Below, piece after piece: positions 25,119 through 32,701 of a stretch of DNA of 64,000 bases (position 1 is its first letter; the number at the start of each line of letters is the position of its first letter). The position numbers and the translations under genes are program-made. The DNA is from Acidobacteria bacterium RIFCSPLOWO2_02_FULL_67_21 (GTDB lineage Bacteria; Acidobacteriota; Vicinamibacteria; Vicinamibacterales; UBA2999), in the NCBI GenBank assembly GCA_001767195.1, contig MEKU01000019.1:64088-128087 (forward strand), given 5' to 3'. The notes below the pieces were generated by a model. That model saw nothing but the letters and a program-made list of their open reading frames with translations, had not been told where the DNA came from and made no database searches.

Positions 25119-25342
25119 GGCTCGTCTCTGAGGCGATTCACCGGTGTGAGGGTCGGCTTCGGGCTGCCTGCCGGTCGCCGTCGCAGCAGCGGAACGCCAT
25201 TGCGGAGTGTCGCGCGGGTTTTCGGCTCCAGCGCCTTTCGTGCCAGTTCGGACAACACCTTCCCGGCAGTTGTGCCGCGATGCTCGGCTAATTCCTTGGC
25301 GGCCTGCAGCACATCAGCATCGATATCGAGGGTGGTACGCAT
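25115..25342 (-). CDS. vapB: Type II antitoxin, VapB-like (orphan)
   Basis: MRTTLDIDADVLQAAKELAEHRGTTAGKVLSELARKAL..RNGVPLL..TLTPVNRLRDEP matches my memory of VapB-family antitoxins that pair with PIN toxins. Confidence 0.7.
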   Translation of the reverse strand: MRTTLDIDADVLQAAKELAEHRGTTAGKVLSELARKALEPKTRATLRNGVPLLRRRPAGSPKPTLTPVNRLRDEP

Positions 25343-25480
25343 GGAGACTCATCCCGCATCACGCATCAGATGTCAATGAGTAACGCGATGTTCGACGCGC
25401 GGAGCCGCCTGCGTGAAATATCCAGTGAGAAGGTGGGACGTGGTCTGGTCTGTAGGAATAGGAACTGAACCGCCCGCTCG
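25343..25480 (-). promoter_or_regulatory. Candidate promoter/operator region upstream of vapB
   Basis: On the minus strand a perfect TTGACA (plus 25371-25376) is followed by tandem heptamers TGATGCG TGATGCG GGATGAG, ending 5 nt before the ATG. The spacer is lower in GC. Confidence 0.3.
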
Positions 25481-27163
25481 TTATACTTGAGCGCCTCCGG
25501 CTTCGCTCTTGCCGAAAAGACCCTCCAGCCGTCGTCGCAGCAACAGCTTATGCCTGAACAGGATGTGGTGCAGTGACGCTTCAGCTCGCGATTCTTCTCT
25601 CCCGCGAACCAGGTTAACCAACGTGTGCACCAGCCGCCACGGACGGCGAAGGTACATCGTGCCATAGAACAGCGTGAAGTACAGGTAGCGCGCCCACACG
25701 AGATGCCTGTCCTTCACATGTGGGTTGTACGACTTGGCGAAAGCGAGATCCGAGAACGGGATGAGGCTGTCAAAATACTTGTCTGAGGGCGGTTCGATCT
25801 TGTTCTGCTTGACGAGCTCGTAATACAACTCCGATCCGGGATACGGCACGTACGGGATGAAGCTCGAGTCAGAAACACCCATCCACGCGCACTTGATCCC
25901 GAACTTGAAAGTCTCCCACATCTCGTAGGGAGTCTCGTCGGGAAAGGCGAAGATGATGTTGATCTTCAGATTGAATCCACGCTTGATGGCGGCCCGCGCA
26001 GATTCTTCCAGCCGGGGAAGCTTGACCTGTTTCTTGATCCGCTTCAGGACTGCAGGTGAGCCGCTTTCCGGCGCGTAGTTCATATTGCGACAGCCTGAGT
26101 CCCAAAGCTTGTCGACGACTTCAGCATCAATCGCCTCGGAACGCGTGCCGCTGGGGAGCTGCCAACTGAACTTCAACCCGCTTTTCCCGACGAGGTCACA
26201 GAACTCGACAATCCACTGCTTCTTGACGATGGCAGTGAGGTCGTAGAGATCGAAGTTCTCCGCATTGTACTTGTCGAGGTACTTCTTGATCTCGGCGAGC
26301 ACCTTTTCAGGAGACCGGGCTTCCCATTTGGTCCCCCACATGTACGGGCTCGAACAGAACGTGCACTGGAACGGACATCCACGCGTAGCCAACAGTGGCA
26401 TGCTGCGTCCCCGGTTGACGCCGTGGCCGAAGCCTCTGCTCAGGTAGGTTTCGATGGGCAGATCATCCCAGTAGGGCTCCGGTATGTTATCGATGGCCCT
26501 GATTCGGCCCCTCGCCGGATTGACCTGCACCGAACCGTCCGCCTGTCGGTAGGCGACACCGTTCAGCGCCTGGATGTCCCTCCCGGCGAAATAAGTGTTC
26601 ACGATGTCAAGCAGTGTTTCTTCGCCCTCGCCGCGCACGCACAGATCCAGCGCCCGGCAATCCTGCAGCACGTATTCCGTACACGCAGTGATGTGCTCGC
26701 CACCCGCGACGATGAGCGCTTTCGGGAAGCGTTGCCTCAGGCGGTTGATGATTTTCTTGTCGTACGTCCACGCACTTGAAAACATCGAGGAAAAACCGAT
26801 TAGCTGGGCGCTCGCGTCAACCCGATCCACTATGTCGTCGACCGTGAGCCCCTGGGCGAGGCCGACGGTGCCCGGCATCGGCGTGAGACGATCCACATCC
26901 TCCCCGAGCGCGTCGATAGCCTGCGGAATGTGACCGTTCGCATGAAGGGTGCCGGAAAGATAGGCAGTGGACAGCGGCGGGGTAATCGCCGTGCTCAGAG
27001 AATATTTCGACAGCACCTGGGGTGGCCGAATGAGCACAACGCCGCTCACACCTCCCCCTCTGGCGGAGCCTGGCGACTGTCGCGATGAAAGGTCAATGGT
27101 AGCATCGGGGTCGGCTGAGGATACTCTCCCAGCCTCGGTACTGTCACGCGTTGCGTTAATCAT
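25481..27163 (-). CDS. B12-binding-domain radical SAM protein (class B), second copy of the class
   Basis: VVLIRPPQV..AQLIGFSSMF..ALIVAGGEH (B12-like domain), then CPFQCTFC. ATG 27163 has an AAGGA SD. The track start 27313 lies inside repeat B and the GT gene. Alternative ATG at 27238. Confidence 0.85.
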   Translation of the reverse strand: MINATRDSTEAGRVSSADPDATIDLSSRQSPGSARGGGVSGVVLIRPPQVLSKYSLSTAITPPLSTAYLSGTLHANGHIPQAIDALGEDVDRLTPMPGTVGLAQGLTVDDIVDRVDASAQLIGFSSMFSSAWTYDKKIINRLRQRFPKALIVAGGEHITACTEYVLQDCRALDLCVRGEGEETLLDIVNTYFAGRDIQALNGVAYRQADGSVQVNPARGRIRAIDNIPEPYWDDLPIETYLSRGFGHGVNRGRSMPLLATRGCPFQCTFCSSPYMWGTKWEARSPEKVLAEIKKYLDKYNAENFDLYDLTAIVKKQWIVEFCDLVGKSGLKFSWQLPSGTRSEAIDAEVVDKLWDSGCRNMNYAPESGSPAVLKRIKKQVKLPRLEESARAAIKRGFNLKINIIFAFPDETPYEMWETFKFGIKCAWMGVSDSSFIPYVPYPGSELYYELVKQNKIEPPSDKYFDSLIPFSDLAFAKSYNPHVKDRHLVWARYLYFTLFYGTMYLRRPWRLVHTLVNLVRGREESRAEASLHHILFRHKLLLRRRLEGLFGKSEAGGAQV

Positions 27164-27252
27164 TAAGTCCTTGTTGATACACTGCTTGCGGTCGGAAACA
27201 ACCTCGACCAGAGCAACAGCAAGGCGCCGGGTATTCATCCCTGCGGTTCGGC

Positions 27253-27342
27253 CCGGTTGCCTGCGCCTGCCGGGTTCACGCGGCGGCGAACGCCGCCGCA
27301 AATCGGGCGGCAATGGCGTCCCACGAAAAATAGCGATGGAAC
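27253..27342. repeat. Direct repeat B (90 bp), right boundary of the low-GC cassette
   Basis: Covers the native last 21 codons and stop of 27276..28391 plus 23 nt downstream. 86/90 identical to 22401-22490. Confidence 0.9.
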
Positions 27343-28391
27343 GCGGCCAGGTTGCGCTGGTGCGCAGCGGACCACCGCGAGTCGTCGGTGAGGAGGCGGA
27401 TCAGCTCGGTTGCCAGGCCATCCCGATCTCCCGGAGCGACCACGACGACGCCCGCCTCGGTGATCGGATGGCCGGTCTGGGGGCCGGCGTACGCCACCAC
27501 AGGCAACCCGCACGCGATGGCGGCGATGGCGGTGGTTCGCCCGCCCGAAATGGCCCCGCGAACGAACAACAGCGCGTCGGCTGCAATGAGGCGGCGGCTC
27601 AGCTCCTCGGCCGGCAGCACGCCGGTCACGGCGAGATCCACGTGTGCGGGCGCCAGCGCCGCCTGCAGCAGGGCGCTCGTGTTCTCGGCACTTCGCCCCA
27701 GCACGACGATCCGCAGTTGCGGGACCCGTTCGGCAACCCGCTGCGCCACGTAGGCGATGTCGGATACTTCCTCGGCTTCCGTCCGTTCCCCAGCGCGCAG
27801 GCAGAAGACCGCAATGGTTCTGTCGCCGCTCCGTCGCTCAACTGTCGATGCGTCGTGCGGCATGTCTTCGAACGCCGGCACATTCGGCCCGACAGGGATC
27901 AAGACCGCTTTGTGCGGGTTTCCTGGCAGCCACGGCACGCGCTCCACGGGGATGGTATGGACGGAGAGATGGCTGATGCGGTAGGCAAGACGCATGACGT
28001 GGTGCTGCCAGGCGCGCCGAACGCGGTGGCGAAGCCGCTCACCTGGATAGCCTGTCGGATCGTGAAACACGATCGCGACGCGCGCGCCGCGGTGCCGCAG
28101 CACACTGAGGAGTGCGAGAAACGCCAGCGGCAGGCCGCGCCACGACCAGTGGAGCGCCGTGTACTGCACGACGACCCAGTGGCCGCTCCAGTGGTGGCTC
28201 TGCCGCCAGAGCTGGTGCAGCGCTCGCGCCCATCCGATCTCGTCCCAGGGCACCTGCACCAGGGTGGTACGCCACCCCTGACGCGTCAGCGCCTCACCGA
28301 GCAGCGTCGAGTAGCTTTCGATCGCATCGGTGCCGGCAGGGAGATTCAGGCGGCGGCCCAGAAGCGCCACCACCGCCGCGCCAGGGTTCAT
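27276..28391 (-). CDS. Glycosyltransferase (GT-B fold, GT4/GT1-like)
   Basis: LLFVRGAISGGRTTAIAAIACGLPVVAY is a C-terminal GT-B donor-binding pattern. ATG 28391 overlaps the TGA of the upstream gene (ATGA). Confidence 0.75.
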   Translation of the reverse strand: MNPGAAVVALLGRRLNLPAGTDAIESYSTLLGEALTRQGWRTTLVQVPWDEIGWARALHQLWRQSHHWSGHWVVVQYTALHWSWRGLPLAFLALLSVLRHRGARVAIVFHDPTGYPGERLRHRVRRAWQHHVMRLAYRISHLSVHTIPVERVPWLPGNPHKAVLIPVGPNVPAFEDMPHDASTVERRSGDRTIAVFCLRAGERTEAEEVSDIAYVAQRVAERVPQLRIVVLGRSAENTSALLQAALAPAHVDLAVTGVLPAEELSRRLIAADALLFVRGAISGGRTTAIAAIACGLPVVAYAGPQTGHPITEAGVVVVAPGDRDGLATELIRLLTDDSRWSAAHQRNLAAFHRYFSWDAIAARFAAAFAAA

Positions 28392-29422
28392 TTGCGCCGG
28401 TGCGCAGCTCGCTCGAGTTTGGTCCCCCATTCACCGACGAGCGTCAGCGGCTGGATCCGGCCGAGCACGCTCGCAACCGCGGGACGACGCGCGGTCCGAT
28501 CCGGTCCGCCATCCACGGAGGTACACGTCCGGCAGACGCCGGTTTTCGGTCCCGGCGAGACCAGGGCGAGGCGAGCCGGGGCGAGGTCCCGATAGAAGTC
28601 GAACAGGGAGTAGCCCGGCCGGGACAGGTCGCCGATGACCGCGGTCGCGTGCTCCGGCGCGTCTGAACGGACTTCGCAGCACAGCATCCCCTTGCCGTTG
28701 AAGTCCACGACGACGGAATGCAGCGGACGGAAGCAGGCGGCGCGGCGCTGGTACGCCCCGAGCTCCGGGACGGTCACCAGGCCTCCACGCGTCGAGATGC
28801 CGGTGGCGTAGGAATAGTGAGGGACGCCCATCGTGGCGCATACGGTCGTTCCCTCACAGTTGTACTGCCACTTCGATCCATCTTCGACGCAGACGAGCCC
28901 TGTTCGCGCCTGAAACTGCCTCAACGCGCGATCGAGCTCGCCTGGATCCCTCTCCTTGCCGTCGGGGAGATACAGGTTGAGCCACAGTCGATCGAGCTTC
29001 GACGCTTCCAGCAGCTCGAGCTTGGCGCGATCCAGGTAGTCACCGTTGCTGATCACCACGAGCTGGGCATGGGGGAGCCGCCGGCGCGCTTCGGCGAGCC
29101 GATCGAAGAACGACGGGTGCGCCATCGGCTCGTGATAGCGCGCCCAGATGAACATCTGGTCGTAGCGGATGCCTTCGAGCGCGGACAGGATCTTCTCGAA
29201 CAGCTCGTCCGTCATCAGCTGCGTGGTGCTTCGCCGATCCAACTGCGCATTCGGGCAGAACGAGCACGTACGATTGCAGTAATTGTGATTCTCGATTTCG
29301 ACCTGGCGGACATACCGGCGGAACAGCCCACGCACGGTCTCATCGTCGATATCCGCGCGGAAGAGATCGGCCGGCAGGGTATTGGCCACGAACGACTTCC
29401 CGAGGTTTCTCATCACTCGCAT
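28388..29422 (-). CDS. Radical SAM protein with a partial SPASM (twitch-like) C-terminal domain
   Basis: CNRTCSFC (CxxxCxxC). C-terminal CFRPLHSVVVDFNGKGMLC fits Cx12Gx4C, and CRTC follows, but no further Cys. A TAAGGAGGAG SD lies 7 nt upstream of ATG 29422. Confidence 0.85.
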   Translation of the reverse strand: MRVMRNLGKSFVANTLPADLFRADIDDETVRGLFRRYVRQVEIENHNYCNRTCSFCPNAQLDRRSTTQLMTDELFEKILSALEGIRYDQMFIWARYHEPMAHPSFFDRLAEARRRLPHAQLVVISNGDYLDRAKLELLEASKLDRLWLNLYLPDGKERDPGELDRALRQFQARTGLVCVEDGSKWQYNCEGTTVCATMGVPHYSYATGISTRGGLVTVPELGAYQRRAACFRPLHSVVVDFNGKGMLCCEVRSDAPEHATAVIGDLSRPGYSLFDFYRDLAPARLALVSPGPKTGVCRTCTSVDGGPDRTARRPAVASVLGRIQPLTLVGEWGTKLERAAHRRK

Positions 29423-29436
29423 GCCGGTACTCCTCC

Positions 29437-30885
29437 TTACCCCACGCGCCGCTGCGCCCCGGATGCGTGCGGCTGCGCCCGACGCTCGGTAATGAGTGCC
29501 GCCATCCGGTCTGCGGGCGTTCGTCGGGCTGCGATCGATTCCTGCACCGCGGGCTTCGCCGCAGCAAGCCGGGGCAGGCTGAGGAGCACACCCGCCCAGA
29601 ACCAGTACAGCACGCGCGCTGGAAGCGTGCGTAGTGGACTGTAGGGCCAGCTATAGATAAGGATGGCCAGTTGAAACGCCAAAAGTGCAGCCGCCAGCAA
29701 TTCCATGTCGGTTCCGCGACACGCGCGAAGGGCCTTGAGGCTGTAGTACGTGATCGCGGCGAGGAAGAGGTAGAAGAGCACGAGCCCCGGCACGCCCGTT
29801 TCGTACACCAGCGCTGCGATAAAATACTCGCCCCACTTGATTGATTCTGCACGACCGCCCCATACGCTCGGGTTGGCAGGCCCCTCTACACGCCCAACAC
29901 CCGGCGAAGCGATCCCCAACCCGCTGCCGAGAATCGGCGTCCGCAGGGCGTCGATCAGGGTGAGTGTCGGGTTTTCATAAAGCGTCCTGTTGAGATCCTC
30001 GGAAATCGAGGCGACCCGCCGTCCGAATGCGTCCCCAGCCACATCGGCGACCAGCCAGCCTGCCGCCGCCATCACGCACACGGCAACGGCCATTTTCGTT
30101 ACCGCGCGCCCGCGTCGCGTGAGCACGACCATGAGCGGGAGCGTCAGCGCCAGCAGCACAATTGCCGCCCGCTGTGTATTCACGACGAGAGCGATGGTGG
30201 TGCCTGCCAGGCCAAGCACGAAACAGACCCGGTTCCAGAGCGCGGCGCTCATGCCAAGCAAGCCGATGGTGAACGGGACGCTGAACAGGATGTAGGAGCC
30301 CAGGCTCCCCACGTGGGAAAACGTTCCGGGAGGGCGAATGATATCCCCCGGGGTGGTATACCCGAGTGGTGTCTCGAAAATCGCGCCGCTCATCGAGGAG
30401 ACACGGGTAAACTGCCACACCGTCAGGCCGGCAATGAGCACGAGCTGCAGGGCGATGAGTGACGTGACACTCTCGAGTTCACGACGCGTTGTGAATGCGC
30501 GATAGCCAATCCATACCAGCGGGAGGGGAAGCAGAAACGTGCGAAGCCCGATCAGGGTCGGCAGGAGGCCGGTTTCGTAAACGCTGTACGGCACGAGCAG
30601 AAGCGCCCAGATGACGAAGGGAATGGCAAAGCGAATCATTGACGGAGGTCCGAACTGGCCCGGAGCATTCAGTGCTCGAACACCAAAGATCAGGTAGAGA
30701 CCCACCATTTGAAATTCGTAGATCAGGACACTCAGGTTCGAGTCGTCGAATACATTCAACTGGAACCAGCCCTGGACGGGAATCCAGAGCAACAGCAGCC
30801 AGACGGCCGCCCGCATGTGGAGCGACGCGAGCAACAGCCAGACGAGGGCTGCGAGCAAGCCCAGAATTACGGTCGCATCCGTCAC
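29437..30885 (-). CDS. Wzy-type O-antigen polymerase/ligase-like membrane protein (second copy of the class)
   Basis: 482 aa, polytopic, with a large loop followed by KWGEYFIAALVYETGVPGLVLF (Wzy_C-like). GTG start with a GGAG SD. Confidence 0.7.
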   Translation of the reverse strand: MTDATVILGLLAALVWLLLASLHMRAAVWLLLLWIPVQGWFQLNVFDDSNLSVLIYEFQMVGLYLIFGVRALNAPGQFGPPSMIRFAIPFVIWALLLVPYSVYETGLLPTLIGLRTFLLPLPLVWIGYRAFTTRRELESVTSLIALQLVLIAGLTVWQFTRVSSMSGAIFETPLGYTTPGDIIRPPGTFSHVGSLGSYILFSVPFTIGLLGMSAALWNRVCFVLGLAGTTIALVVNTQRAAIVLLALTLPLMVVLTRRGRAVTKMAVAVCVMAAAGWLVADVAGDAFGRRVASISEDLNRTLYENPTLTLIDALRTPILGSGLGIASPGVGRVEGPANPSVWGGRAESIKWGEYFIAALVYETGVPGLVLFYLFLAAITYYSLKALRACRGTDMELLAAALLAFQLAILIYSWPYSPLRTLPARVLYWFWAGVLLSLPRLAAAKPAVQESIAARRTPADRMAALITERRAQPHASGAQRRVG

Positions 30886-30958
30886 TCAACGCTCCTGTGT
30901 CGCTGTAGGGTACGACAAAGATGCGATGTCACGCAAAGCCGTGCGGCTCGCGGTCCCT

Positions 30959-32701
30959 TCATTCCCTGCGGATGACGAGCGAGCCCACCACGAGCATGTC
31001 CATCTTCGTGCGCAGAAAGCAGTCAAGCGCTTCGGCCGGCCGGCACACAATCGGCTCGTTCTCATTGAACGACGTGTTCAACAGGATCGGTACGCCGGTC
31101 CGAGCGTTGAAGGCACAGAGAAGACGGTGAAAGAGCGGATTGGTGTCGGCCGTGACGGTCTGCAGCCGGCCCGTGCCGTCGATGTGCGTGACGGCAGGAA
31201 TCTCGGCGCGCTTGTCGGCTCGGACGGGGTACACGGTGATCATGAAGGGATCGGGATAACTTCCGTCGAAGTAGTCCGGCGCCCGCTCGGCAACGATCGA
31301 GGGGCAGAACGGCCGGAACGGCTCGCGCCGCTTGATCCGCGCGTTCAGAATGTCCTTCATCTCGGCACGCCGCGGGTCCGCCAGGATGCTCCGGTTGCCG
31401 AGCGCACGGGGCCCCCACTCCATTCGGCCCTGGAACCAGCCGACGATGCGTCCCTGTGCCAGTGCGTCGGCCGTGTGCCTGCACAGCACGTCCGGGTCGC
31501 CGCATTCGCTCACCGTACATCCCCGATCGCGCAACTCGGCGGCGCGCTGCCGTACCTCGACCCGAGCCACCTCGTCGTTGAACGTCGGCCCCCAGTACGC
31601 ATGGTTCATCACGAACGCGCGCGGCCGGCCCAACGCACGGTGCCACGTGTCGAAGGCCGCCCCGATCGCGGTGCCGGCGTCGCCGGCTGCCGGCTGGATG
31701 TACACGTCGGTGAACGGCGTGTGCGAGCGGATCTTGCCGTTCGCCACGCTGTTGAAGGCGACGCCGCCGGCCAGGCACAACGCCCGGGCGCCGGTCTGCC
31801 GGTGCAACCGATCGAGCAGCCAGAAATAGACCTCTTCAGTCACCGCCTGAAGCGACGCGGCGAGGTTGCGGTGCCTCTGCTCGATCGGTTCGTCACGGCC
31901 GCGAGCCGAGCCGAAACGCCGGACCAGCGCGTCGGAATAGATCCGGCCGATCACCGGCTGGCCGGAGTCCCACGTCATCGCGATGCCCGCCGTATGGTGC
32001 AGGAAGTAGTCGAGATCGAGCCGGTATCCCGAGCCGTCGGTCTGCAGGATCCGGCGGAACTCCGGCAGGAACTCGGGCTCGCCGTACGGCGCCAGCCCCA
32101 TCACCTTGTACTCGTCGCCGTAGCTGGAAAAGCCGAGGTACTGGGTGATGGCCGTGTAGAACGTCCCAACCGAGTGCGGAAACATCACCTTGCCGGTGAC
32201 GCGGATGTCGACGCCGCGTCCGTGCCCCCACATGGCGCTCAGAAAATCGCCGAACCCGTCGATGGAGAGGCACGCAGCCTCCTCGAATGGAGAGACGAGA
32301 AACGCAGAGGCCATGTGCGACCGGTGGTGCTCGACCCGGTGCTGCCGGGCGCGAACGGCGCGGACGTCGACATCGAGCGATTCGGCCAGGGCCGGCCGGA
32401 TGTCACGAATCCGCACGGCGTGGGTAATCCGGTCGCGCAGGACCCTGGGACGCCTCGAGACGGCAAACAGGATCTTGCGCGCGAGGTATGCGTGTGGATT
32501 GTGTGAGACGGCAATGTGATCCACATCGCCGATCCCGACGCCGGCCGCCTCGAGGCAGTACCGCGCGGCGGCAGCGGGAAAGCCCGCGGCGTGCTTGAGG
32601 CGGTTGAAGCGCTCCTCTTCGGCTGCAGCGACGAGCAGGCCATCGACGACGATGGCGGCGCTCGCGTCACCGTGGTAGGCGTTGATGCCGAGCACGATCA
32701 T
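30959..32701 (-). CDS. Carbamoyltransferase (NodU/CmcH/TobZ family)
   Basis: MIVLGINAYHGDASAAIVVDGLLVAAAEEERFNRLKH plus the C-terminal YrdC-like/carbamoyltransferase half. 580 aa. Confidence 0.9.
   Translation of the reverse strand: MIVLGINAYHGDASAAIVVDGLLVAAAEEERFNRLKHAAGFPAAAARYCLEAAGVGIGDVDHIAVSHNPHAYLARKILFAVSRRPRVLRDRITHAVRIRDIRPALAESLDVDVRAVRARQHRVEHHRSHMASAFLVSPFEEAACLSIDGFGDFLSAMWGHGRGVDIRVTGKVMFPHSVGTFYTAITQYLGFSSYGDEYKVMGLAPYGEPEFLPEFRRILQTDGSGYRLDLDYFLHHTAGIAMTWDSGQPVIGRIYSDALVRRFGSARGRDEPIEQRHRNLAASLQAVTEEVYFWLLDRLHRQTGARALCLAGGVAFNSVANGKIRSHTPFTDVYIQPAAGDAGTAIGAAFDTWHRALGRPRAFVMNHAYWGPTFNDEVARVEVRQRAAELRDRGCTVSECGDPDVLCRHTADALAQGRIVGWFQGRMEWGPRALGNRSILADPRRAEMKDILNARIKRREPFRPFCPSIVAERAPDYFDGSYPDPFMITVYPVRADKRAEIPAVTHIDGTGRLQTVTADTNPLFHRLLCAFNARTGVPILLNTSFNENEPIVCRPAEALDCFLRTKMDMLVVGSLVIRRE

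Larger units (their letters stand above)
22491..27252 (-). mobile_element. Low-GC inserted cassette (4,762 bp) without recognisable mobility genes
   Basis: Bounded by the 90-bp direct repeats. Hand-counted lines inside give 50-53% GC (23401, 24601, 25801, 26221) versus 63-70% outside (21301, 28021). It contains a broken vapBC module. Confidence 0.55.

Noticed and set aside
22491-27252. Classification of the cassette as an IS, transposon, integron cassette or prophage remnant
   Set aside because: No transposase, integrase, attC-like or terminal inverted repeats were found by eye. Only the direct repeats, the lower GC and the broken vapBC point to foreign origin, so the mechanism is left open.
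30815-32506. 563-aa plus-strand ORF
   Set aside because: It is antisense to the NodU-type carbamoyltransferase and shows no recognisable domain.
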